Below are positions 11,998 through 23,652 of a DNA stretch of 64,000 nucleotides, piece after piece. This stretch comes from Mobula hypostoma (taxonomy: Eukaryota): NCBI RefSeq assembly GCF_963921235.1, contig NC_086097.1, positions 189,040,001 to 189,104,000 of the forward strand. Direction: 5' to 3'. The notes under the pieces were generated by a model that did not search any database, was not told the DNA's origin, and saw only the letters and a list, made by a program, of their open reading frames with translations. The first letter of the stretch is position 1. Every line of letters begins with the position of its first letter. A program made the translations under genes and the position numbers.

Positions 11998-12470
11998 TGA
12001 GACAGATCACAGGGTCACTGGGTGCTGCAGGGATCCTCACAGGTGTGGTTTTATTCTCCCTTTCAAAGTGAGCATAAAAGGCATTGAGATCATCTGGTAG
12101 TGAAACATCACTGCCATTCATGATGATGAGCTTTGCTTTGTAGGAAGTAATGGCCTGAGAGCTCTGCCAGATTTGCTGTGCATCCGATGCTGCCTTTATC
12201 CTCTCCCAGAATTGCTTCTTGGCTCTTGAAGTAGTCCTCTGCAAGTCAGATCTGGTTTTCTTATACAGACCTGGATCACCAGACTTAAATGCCACAGATC
12301 GAGCCCTCAGCAAACTATGAACCTGCTGGTTCATCCATGGCTTTTGCTTTGGGAATGTGCAGTAAATCTTATACACTCATCCACACAGGTCTTAATGAAG
12401 TCAAGCTCGAAGATAACTCCCTGAACACAGTCCTGTCCACCTATTCAAAGCAGTTCTGTAAGCGCTCTTG
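11998..12470 (-). mobile_element. Rex1/Babar-type LINE fragment (EN-RT linker)
   Basis: ORF 11966-12376 (QKPWMN...LPDDLNAFYAHFE), homologous to 22820-23180. Confidence 0.8.
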
Positions 12471-13609
12471 TACCTTCTCGAAGGTTGAATTGTGACGCTC
12501 CCTCTGTAGTTGCTGTCTCGAATACTGTTTAGCTGATAATAAATTAATAAATTGTAGCTTCTTGAGTACATTGATTTTAACACATCAAAATTAGGAGGGA
12601 ATTCCCTCCCTCGATATTGCTTTACTGCTGTTGAGAATAATAAGGTGAATTTTGCACTTAAGTATTCACATTGGTTTTTCAGCCGTAGCAAGATTCTGCA
12701 TGGTCATCTACCATGGTTTAAACATTTTTTTTTCACAGAAGTATCGAAGCATCTGCACATAATTGAGCGCGTGTAACCAAAAAAGGTAGAGATCATAGAA
12801 GTGTAACAAGTTTTACATTTTCCATTATAATTACCATAGCAACACAGGGAATAATTAATGTCTTTAATAAACAGATGCACAGCAATTTCAAGAAAAGCAG
12901 AATTAACAGGAATACAATCAACTGCAGAATGATTTACTTGTACTCCTCTGATTTTACTTCATGTGCATTTCTGTAAATGCCGAGCTTTTTTACACCCCTG
13001 AAGAACCAACGCAACTCTAAATGAAAGCACAGGTCAAAACCTTGTTGGACATAACCCACCATAACAAGGGGTTTCCCAGCAATCAAAGATCAAACACAGA
13101 TTGTTTATCGCAACAGCCTGGATCCTGCGCAGAGAAACTCAATGTGCTTCAGAGGCCTGCCTTTTAACTGTCCACGTTCATCTACACTGATGAGAGATTA
13201 ACTGGCACAGATTTATAATTTAACAAATATGTTTAAATTAACTGAATGATGTCAACACATAAAATTTGAAGGTAATACCTTGTTAATTTAATAACATTGA
13301 ACATTTAATGACATATCATTCGTTACTCTTGGTATTTCCTGTGTCAGTAAAGAACTCCTTACCAGATAGTGTACAACCTACTTTCTTGTTAGAACATAAA
13401 TCCTTATGACCATAAGATACAGGATCTTACAGACGGTCAAAAGATGAATATTTCCCAGGATGAATCCATTTACGTGCCATTAATAACTTTGGTTTCCACA
13501 AAGCAATCAAACCACTCCCAAAACATAAATGTTTTCTTTCCTTCTCTGATACATTGATGTTTGGTCATTCTATGCAAGGATATTCCCAAATTTTACATTA
13601 CAAAGGTAT

Positions 13610-14444
13610 TAGACAAAAGACAATAGACAATAGGTGCAGGAGTAGGCCATTCAGCCCTTCGAGCCAGCACCACCATTCACTGTGATCATGGCTGATCATC
13701 CACAATCAGTACCCTTTTCCTGCCTTCTCCCCATATCCCTTCACTCCGCTATCTTTAAGAGCTCTATCTAACTCTTTCTTGAAAGAATCCAGGGAATTGG
13801 CCTCCACTGCCTTCTGAGGCAGAACATTCCAAAGATCCACAACCCTCTGTGTGAAAAAGCTTTTCCTCAACTCCGTTCTAAATTGTCTACCCCTTATTCT
13901 TAAACTGCGGCCTCTGGTTCTGGACTCCCCCAACATCGGGAACATGTTTCCTTGCTCTAGCTTGTCCAATCCCTTAATAATCTTATAAGTTTCAATCAGA
14001 TCCCCTCTCATCCTTCTAAATTCTAGTGTATACAACCCCAGTTCCTCCAATCTTTCAACATATGACAGTCCCGCCATCCCAGGAATTAACCTTGAGAACC
14101 TACACTGCACTCCCTCAATAGCTAGAATGTTCTTCCTCAAATTTGGAGACCAAAACTGTAAACAATACTCCAGGTGTGGTCTCACCAGGGCCCTGTACAA
14201 CTTCAGAAGGACCTCTTTGCTCCTATACTCAATTCCCCTTGTTATGAAGGTCAACATGCCATTAGCTTTCTTCACTGCTTGCTGTACCTGCATGCTTACT
14301 TTCAGTGACTGATGAACAAGGACACCTAGATCTTGTCGTACTTCCCCTTTTCCTAACTTGACACCATTCAGATAGTAATCTGCCTTCCTGTTCTTGCCAC
14401 CAAAGTGGATAACCTCACAGTTATCCACATTAAACTGCATCTGC
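13610..14444 (-). mobile_element. CR1 3' fragment
   Basis: ORF 13706-14440 (LYRALVRPHLEYC, RRMRGDLIETYK), (CTATTGT)n-type tail at 13610-13632, aaaggta on both sides as probable TSD. Confidence 0.9.
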
Positions 14445-15615
14445 TAAGAAAAGGTAAGATATTCTAAGAAAAGTAGCCATCTGTAAGGCTTCCTTCAGCC
14501 AACAAAGCCTTTAATGACATGATAACTATTGTTATTGATTTCAAGCTCTACTTAATCTGAAAATAAATTATGGACTGACACTCATTCTGTTACTGCAGGA
14601 GCTCCACACAATTATATGACTCTAAAGCAATAGTAGCATTAATCAAAGGCTGAATGTTGTTATAATTACCACAATCTGTAATAGTTTATTGCTCAATCTT
14701 ACAAAATTTCCCAGAAAATTTTATAACATCGGTCTTGATGCAGTCAGGGTGATGCCAATCTGGCGAGAAAGGGTAAAAGTGCTATTGACTTTATCCAACT
14801 GGCCCCTTTCAATGAACTGAATTTTTCCAACATCGTGTAACATCATATCCAACTGAATGAATTGGCAACGTATATCCCAGACATTTTGCTCTGGCTGGCA
14901 GGCTGGGACTCCTGGTTACTTAGATGAATAAACACAGGAACAAGTTTCATCAGGAGGACCCTGAAGTTCTAGTTAAGCAACAGCAAGCATCACTGTATTC
15001 CATTCGTGAGGCCAAGTTCTTCATGGATATATTTCAGGAATTGCTCTAAAGAGCCCAGTCTGTGAAAGACTGGGTGGTGGCTAGACAGACTCAAAAACAA
15101 CATGTAAATAGTAGTCTCGGAGTTTCCTGTTGAAATCTTGCTCTGTAACCAGCTTTCAGTTCTGAGCACTTCGAGGATAAAGTTATGCCCTGGGTCCAAA
15201 GTCACAGCTTCATAGCTTACTCAGGTGTAGAAGAAGAGAAGTGTCCAGAGTGCAAACTAAGGGAGTGTAGTGAGGGAATACTACTCATCCTAATATTAAC
15301 TGAGGCACATTGTAAAAGGCATAGAGAGCACAGAATTCCCAAATTCTATCCAGGACAGTATTTTAGCCAGCATGTGGAGAGTCAGAGAGAAGCACACACA
15401 ATCCTTCATTTAATTTTAGGGAATGAAGGTAGGTTGAAGTAGAATCAGAGCTTAATATTTTTATGGTGGTGATCATAATTCAGTAAGCTTCACTATGGTT
15501 ATAAAATAACCAAGGTAAAATAAAATGTCTTTCTAGTATCCCTGGTGATTGCCCATTCCCCCTCTGTCTGAAATTCGACTAAGTGTGCTTTCCACAATAT
15601 TCTGACCTACTGAGA

Positions 15616-15933
15616 TAGAAACATAGAAACATAGAAAATAGGTGCAGGAGTAGGCCATTTGGCCCTTCGAGCCTGCACCGCAATTCAGTACGATCATGGC
15701 TGATCATCCATCTCAGAACCCTATACCTGCCTTCTCTCCATACCCCCTGATCCCTTTAGCCACAAGGGCCATATCTAACTCCCTCTTAAATATAGCCAAT
15801 GAACTGGCCCCAAATGTTTCCTGTGGCAGAGAATTCCACAGATTCACCACTCTCTGTGTGAAGTAGTCTTTCCTCATCTCGGTCCTAAAAGGCTTCCCCT
15901 TTATCCTCAAACTGTGACCCCTCGTTCTGGACT
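15616..15933 (-). mobile_element. CR1 3' fragment
   Basis: ORF 15713-15910 (FTQRVVNLWNSLP), (TTTCTATG)n tail at the left end, absent from duplicate copy B. Confidence 0.9.
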
Positions 15934-16167
15934 TATATAAGGCAGAATGATTCTAGCCTCTACTTCAGCTCCACATCATAGAGTTCAAACTGCAGCGGCT
16001 GGAGTTATTCCCTGCGTTTGTGGTTGTCTCAGTTACTGGAAGCATACAGAACTTCCCACTTGACACAGGATATACATTCCACTCATATGAATTACTCTGC
16101 CAAGCCTCACTTTCACAGGAGAAATCCAGTAACAAAATAATCACCAATCCATCAGCTGCACTCCCCA

Positions 16168-18918
16168 AGACCATAAGACCATAAGACTATAAGGCATTGG
16201 AGAAGAATTAGGCCATCTGCTCCACCATTTGATCATGGTAGATCCATTTCCCTCTCAACTCATTTCTCTTGTCTTCTCCCTGTAACCGTTCACACCCTGA
16301 TTTATCAAGAGTCTATCAACCTCCCCATTAAATACACTCAATGACTTGGCCTCCACTGGTGCCTGTGGCAATGAGTTCAACAAATTCACCACCCTCTGGC
16401 TAAAGAAATTCCTCATCTCTGTTCTAAATGGACATCCCTCTATTTTGAGGCTGTACCCTCTGGTCCTAGACTCCCCCACCAAAAGAAAACATCCTCTCCA
16501 CATCTTCTCTTTCTAGGCCTTACAATATTCAATAAGTTTCAATGAGATCTATATTACAGCGAGTATAGGCCCCGAACCTTAAATCGATACTCATATGATA
16601 ATCCTTTCATTCCTGGAGACATTCTTGTGGACCTCCTCTGAACCCTCTCCAATATCAGCCCATCTATTCTTAAATAAGGGGCCCAAAACCGCTCACAATA
16701 CTCACCAGTGAGGCCTCACCAGTGCCTTATATAGCCTCGGCATTACATCTTTGCTTTTATATTCTAGTCCCTTTGAAATGAATGCTAATATTGCATTCCC
16801 CTTCCTCACCACCTGAAAATTAACCTTTAGGCAATCCTGCATGAGAACTCCCAAGGCCCTTTGAACCTCAGATTGTTGAATCTGCTCGCTGTTTAGAAAA
16901 TAATCTGTGCTTTTACTCCTTCTACCAAGGTGCATAACCATACACTTCCTGACATTGTATTCCATCTGCCACCTCTTTGCCTATTCTAATTTGTCTAAGT
17001 CCTTCTGTGGCCCCTCTGCTTCCTCAACACTACTTGTCCCTCCACCAATCTTCATATCATCCGGAAACTTGGCCACAAAGTCTTTAATTTCATCATGCAA
17101 ATGGTTGACGTACAACATAAAAAGAAACGGCCCCGACACAGACCATTGTGGAACTAGTTCCCCGGCAGCCAAGCTGAAAATGATCCCTTTATTCCCATTC
17201 CTTGCCTCCTGTCAATCCGTCAATGTTCTATGCATGCTAGTACCTTTCTTGTAATATCCTGGGATTTTATCTTATGTAGCAGCCTCACGTGCGACATCTT
17301 GTCAAAGGTCTTCTGAAGATCCAAGTACAGAACATCCATCACTTCTCCTTGTCTATCAAGCTTGCTATTTCTTCAAAGAATTCCAACAGATTTGTCAGGA
17401 AAGATTTTCCCTGAAGGAAACCATGCTGACTTTGGCATATTTTGTCATCTGCTTCCAAATACCCAGAAACATCATCCTTAACAATCGACTCCAATATCTT
17501 CCCAACCACTGAGGTCAAGTCAACTGGCCTATAATTTCCTTTCATCTGTCTCCCTCCCTTCTTGGGGAGTGGAGTCACATTTGCAATTTTTCAGTCCTCC
17601 AGAACTGGAAAGATCATGACTAATACCTCCACAATCTCTTCAGCTACCTCTTTTAGAGGGTATAGTTCATCAAATCCAGATGATTTATCTAACTTCAGAC
17701 CTTTCAGTTTCCCAAGCCCCATCTCCATACTAATAGCAAATGCATTAACTTCTACCTCTTGATACTCTTGAACTTCTGGCATACTACTAGTGTCTTGTAC
17801 AATGAAGCCTGATGCAAAATATTTAATCAGTCTGTCTGTCATTTCCTTGTCCGCTATTACTTTCTTTCTAGTCTCATTTTCTAGCTGTCCAATATCTACT
17901 CTTGCCTCTATTTTAATCTTTCTAAATCTGAAACCCTTTTAGTATCTTTTTGATAAGGTTATGTACCTTCATATTTCATCTTTTGGTTTTTTTTTTAGTT
18001 GCCTTCTGTTGGTTTTTAAAAATGTCCCAATTCTCTAACTTCCCACTAATTTTTGCTCCATTATATGACTTCTCTTTTGTTTTTATGTTGGCTTTGATTT
18101 CCCTTCTCAGCCACAGTCAGGTCATCTGGCCTTTAGAATACTTCCTTTTCTTTGGGATGTGTCTATCCTGCACCTTTCGAGTTGCTCACAGAAACCCCAG
18201 CCGTTGCTGCTCTGCCATCATCACTGCTAGTGTCCCCTTCCAATCAACTTTGGCCAGCTCCTCTCTCATGCCACTGTAATTCCATTTACTCCACTATAAT
18301 ACTAATACATCTGACTTTAGCTTCTGCCTGTCAAAATGTAGGGTGAATTCTATCATGTTATGATCACTGTTACCTAAGAGTTCCATTATCTTCAGCTCCC
18401 TAATCATATCTGGTTCATTCCACAACACCTAATCCAGAATTGCTGATCCCTTAGTAGACTCAACCACAAGCTGCTCCAAAAAGCCATCTCGGAGGTATTC
18501 CACAAATTCTCTCTCTTGGAATCCAAAATCAACTTAATTTTCCCAATCTATCTGCATATGGAAATCCCCCATGGTGAATCTACCATTGTCTTTTTGACAT
18601 GGTTTTTCTATCTCCTGCTGTAAATTGTAGATCACTTCTTGGCTACTTTTCGGAGGCCTGTTAAAAGCTCCCATCAGTGTCTTCTTACCCTTGAGGTTTC
18701 TTACTCTACTCACAATGATTCTACATCTCCCATTCTTATTTAGTCTCTCTAAGAATTTGATTTCATTTTTTACTAACAGAACCACTCCTCCTCTTCTAAC
18801 CACCTGCCTCTCCTTTTGATAGATTGTGGGTCATTGGATATTAAGCTCCCAACTACAATCATCTTTCAGTCAGGACTCCGTGATACCAACAATGTCACAC
18901 CTGCCAATCTCTAACTGC
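16168..18918 (-). mobile_element. CR1 LINE ORF2, decayed
   Basis: Colinear minus-strand ORFs with EN (MGDFH), NYRPV, QHGF, KFPDD and C-terminal motifs. (TCTTATGG)n tail at 16168-16190. Confidence 0.9.
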
Positions 18919-19744
18919 GAGCATATGAAACAAAGACTTGTTTCCTTTATTTTGTAGTGAATACGACAAAATTAATTGATGACAATGATGCAATGATGCA
19001 ATGATGCATTAATTATGCAAAGAGACAGCTTTCTGCAAGTCAATATAAAGTCAGTGTTGTCAACAGGGATCCACCCAGCCCATCAGTCACTTTCAGTCCC
19101 AATACAGTTCTTACATTAACCTCATTATTCGTCTTGGAAGCTACAAAACAAGAAGCAAGTCACCATCAAACACAAGATACTGTGTGAAGAGAACTAGTGG
19201 GGTTAAAAATTACCCGTATATTCACGGAAGGTGACAAAAATGTACACTTCTTGGAATGAGCGACATGATAATATTCACATGGTATAAGTAGGTCTGAAAT
19301 TCACAGCAAGAACTTTCACACAAAGGACCATGATAACGATATTGACCAGGGGGTGTTGGAGAAATCAATGAAGATATTTACAGGGAACTGATATTTTCAT
19401 ATGTGCTACATCCCAATCATAAACAGGAAACTATATTTCCTTAAGTCAAAAAATGTGACAGAGTTGAAATAGATAAATTTCAGACCTATTAGTATTATTA
19501 CATTTTATGTGAAATACTTGAGTTCAAGAAAATCCTAGTAAGTAACTGTCAACGGAAGAACTTTGATGTACATACCACCTCTCTTAACATTAGAGCATCT
19601 TGAAGTACCTTACACTCAGCTGAGTACGCTGAAGTGATGCCTTATTCAAATAAAAAGGAGAGTTTCTTCAAACAGCCGGAAGTCACAACTGGCATCCAGA
19701 TTACAAACTGTGCTCTTGTTTCATAACTGTAAATTAAATACATT

Positions 19745-20803
19745 AAAGATTCTAGCACGAATAAAGCAATGGCTGATTGTTAGGAGGCAAAGAGTGGAAA
19801 TAAAGGGAGCGTTTTCTAACTGGCTCTTGGAGACTAGTGGTGTTCCACAGGGGTCTGCATTGGGACCACTTCCTTTTATGTTATATGTCAATGATTTGGA
19901 TGATGGAATTGATGGCATTGTTGAAAAGTTTTCAAACAATATGAAGATAGGTGGAGTGGCATGTAGTTTTGAGGAAATAGAAAGGCTACTGAAGGACTTA
20001 GACAGATTAGGAGAATGAGCAAAGAAATGGCAGATGGAACACAGTACCAGGAGTGTATGGTCATGTAGAAGAAATGGAAGGGTTGACTATTTTCTAAATG
20101 GAAAGAAAATACAAAAAAAACTGAGGCACAAAGGGACTTGGGAGCCCTTGTGCAAGATTCCCTAAAGGTTAATTTATGGGTTGAGTCTGTGGTGAAGAAG
20201 ACAAATGTGATGTTAGCATTCATTTCAAGAAGACTAGAATATAAAAGCAAGGATGTAATGTTGAAACTTTATAAAGCACTGGTGAGGCCTCATTTGCAGT
20301 ATTGTGAACAAATTTGGGGCCCTTATCTTAGAGAGGATGTGCTGAAACTGGAGAGGGGTCAAAGGAGGTTCACGAAAATGATTTCAGGATTGAATCGCTC
20401 ATCATATGAAGAGCTTTTGATGGCTCTGGGGCTGTATTCACTGGAATTCAGAAGAATGAAGGGTGACCTTATTGAAACCTATCGAATGTTGAAAGGTCTA
20501 GACAGAGTGGATGTGGAGAGCATGTTTCCTATGGTAGGAGAGCCCAAGATCAGAGGGCACAGCCTCAGAATAGAGGGGTGTCCTTCTAGAATGGAGATGA
20601 GGAGGAATTTCTTTAGCCAGAGAGTGCTGAATCTGTGGATTTTTTGCCACAGGCAAATGGTGATGGATTCTTGATTGGTCAGGGCATGAAGGGAGGAGAT
20701 TGGGGCTGAGAGGAAAATTGGATCAGCCATGATGAGATGGTAGAGGAAACTCGATGGACCAAATGGCCCAATTCTGCTCCTATATCTTATGTCTTGTGGT
20801 CTA
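19745..20803 (+). mobile_element. CR1 3' half
   Basis: ORFs 19710-20018 (SGVPQGSALGP) and 20138-20674, tail atatcttatgtcttgtggtct. Confidence 0.9.
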
Positions 20804-21590
20804 AGTGGTGCTTAACGTAGAGTAATTACTTATCAGCTGGCTGAGGGCATCTGCAAAAGGTTCATTTCCCATGTTTGTCCTGATATGATGAAAATTCATT
20901 AGGATCAGTATCAGCTTGAGGATAGTGTTGTACTGTGGTACTGCTTCTGGTCGTCCATTCAAGCAGTGGAAATGAACATATTCAGAGACTGTGGCTTCAT
21001 CTCGGAGGTTGGCTGAAAGTTATGAGAAAAAAGATGAAGATACTGCCTAAAATCAACGATGTCAGTTATTAGGAAGCTTCAGAAGAAATGATTTTGAGCA
21101 TGATAAAGAGAGCTATGAAGGATAGTACGTCATACCATAAAAATAAATCTAAAATGTTGCTACAATATAAACAGCAGCTAAAATAAAGAAGCATGGGTTA
21201 AGATGATAAAAAAATAACCTTCTGATATCAGTTCTAAAGGCATGTCAGATAATGTGATCAATAATTGAAACTGATAAACAGAGTGGTCTAACATTATGTC
21301 AACAATTAAGTGGAGGAACTGGGTAAAACAAGATTGTTTTTTAGATGGATAATTGATATAAATGGCTTTTTTCAAATGGCCATGCATGTTATGATTTTGC
21401 AGACAGTTGAAAGATGAACATTTTCCCGGGAAGAATCCATTTACATTCCATTAATAACCTTGGTTTCCACAAAGCAATCAAACCACTCCCGAAACACAAA
21501 ATGCTTCCTTCCCTTCTCTGTCACATTGATATTTGGTCATTCTATGCAAGGATATTCCCAAATTTTACATTATAAGGATATTCTAAGAAA

Positions 21591-22302
21591 TATCAGAGGG
21601 ATCTTGGGGTCCAAGTCCAAAGGACACTCAAAGCTGCTGCACAGGTAGACTCTGTGGTTAAGAAGGCATATGGTGCATTGGCCTTTGTCAACCGTGGGAA
21701 TGAGTTTAAAAGCCGAGAGGTAATGTTACAGCTATATAGGGCCCTGGTCAGACCCCACTTGGAGAACTGTGCTCAGCTCTGGTCACCTCACTACAGGAAG
21801 GATGTGGAAACTATAGAAAGGGTGCAGAGGAGATTTACAAGGATATTGCCTGGATTGGGGAGCATGCCTTATGAGAATAGGTTGAGTGAACACAGCCGTT
21901 TCTCCTTGGAGCGACGTAGGATGAGAGGTGACCTGATAAAGGTGTATAAGATGATGAGAGGCATTGATTGTGTGGATAGTCAGAGGCTTTTCCCCAGGGC
22001 TGAGATGGCTAACACGAGAGGGCACAGTTTTAAGGTGCTTCGAAGTAGGTGCAGAGAAGATGTCAGGGGTAAGTTTTTTAAATAGAGAGTGGTGAGTGCG
22101 TGGAATGGGCTGCCAGCAACGGTGGTGGAGGCGAATACAATAGGGTCTTTTAAGAGACTCCTGGATAGGTACATGGAGCTTAGAAAAATAGAGGACTATG
22201 GGTATCCCTAAGTAATTTTTAAAATAAGTAGATGTTTGGCACAGCGTTGTGGGCCGAAGGGCCTGTACTGTGCTGTAGTTTTTCTAAGTTTCTATGTTTC
22301 TA
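21591..22302 (+). mobile_element. CR1 3' fragment
   Basis: ORF 21654-22085, tail tttctaagtttctatgtttcta, very similar to 26085-26786. Confidence 0.9.
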
Positions 22303-23652
22303 AAAGTAGCCATCTATAAGGCTTCCTTCAGCCAACAAAGCCTTTAATGGCATGATAACTATTGCTTATTGATTTCAAGCTCCACTTCATTTGAAAATAA
22401 ATCATGGACTGGCACTCATTCTGTTACTGTAGGAGCTCCACACAATAATATGACTCTAAAGCAATAGAAGCATTATCAAAGGCTGAATATTGTTAAAATT
22501 ACCATATTCCATAACAGTTTAGTGACAAATCTTGCAAAATTTCCCAGAAAATTTTACATCAACCTTGATGTAGTCAGGGTGATGCCAATTCGGCAGGAAA
22601 GGGTAAAAGTGTGATTGACCTTATCCGACCAGCCCATTGAGTGAACTGAATTCTTCAAACATCGCTGTGAATGAACCTGGCTGGCAGGCTGGGACTCCTG
22701 GATATCTAGATGAACAAACAGAGGAGCAAATTGCATTAGGCTCTTTGAGTCTGAATGAGTACACCACAGCTGTCACTGTCTTCATTAAAACCTCTGTGGA
22801 TGAGTGTGTGCCTATGAGAACTTACTGTACATACCAAAATCATAAGCTGTGGATGAACCAGGAGGTTTGCAGTCTGCTGAGGGCTATATCTGTGGTATTC
22901 AAGTCTGATGGCCCAGGTCTGCACAAGAAAATCAGGTGTGTCTTACTACCTCAAAAGTAAAGGAACAATTTTGATCGAGGTTGGAGGTCGAATCGGACAT
23001 ACGTCAGCTCTGGCAAGGTTTACAGGCCATTACTTCCTATAAAGCAAGACCTAATATCATGAATGGCAATGATGCTTAACTCCCAGATGGGCCCAACACC
23101 TTTTATGCACACTTTGAAAGGGAGAATAAAATTACAGCTGTGAGGATCCCTGCAGCATTCAGTTACCCTGTGACCTTTGTCTCGGAGGCCGAGATCAGGC
23201 TGTCTTTCAAGAGGGTGAACCCTTGCAAGGTGACAGGCCCCGATGGAATACCTAGTAGGGTTCTGAAAACCTGTGCCAACTTTTCAAAGACATTTTCAAT
23301 CTCTCATTGCTACAGTTGGAAGTTCCCACTTGCTTCAAAAGGGCAACAATTACACCAGTGCCCAAGAAGAGCAGGGTAAGCTGCCTCTATGACTATCATT
23401 CAGAAGCACTCACATCTACAGTGCTGAAGTGCTTTGAGAGGTTGATAACAGCTGGGATCAACTCCTGTCTAAGCAAGGACCTGGAGCCACTGCAACTTGT
23501 CTATTGCCACAATGGATCTACAGCAGATGCAATCCAATTGGCTCGTCATGTGGCCTTGGATCACCTGGACAATACAAATACCCCATGTCAGGATGTTGTT
23601 TATTGACTGCTGCTCAGGATTGAACACAATCATTCCTACAGTTCTGATTGAG

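Larger units (their letters stand above)
13423..16170 (+). repeat. Segmental duplication copy A (interrupted by CR1 insertions)
   Basis: 13423-13608 aligns to 21393-21590, 14455-14955 to 22301-22740, and 14950-16170 to 28133-28816. Confidence 0.9.

Noticed and set aside
14720..14915. Minus-strand open frame partly shared with the duplicate (DKVNxTFTLSxxIGITLT, ORF 22554-22736)
   Set aside because: Similarity follows from the DNA duplication, indels break the frame between copies, and no domain is recognisable.
15185..15442. ORF sharing ECKLRECSEGILL...HRIPKFYPGQYFSQHVE with ORF 27944-28378, suggesting a gene family
   Set aside because: Lies in the duplicated segment, and its 3' part is a decayed CR1 endonuclease fragment (SQHVE...ILHLILGNE).
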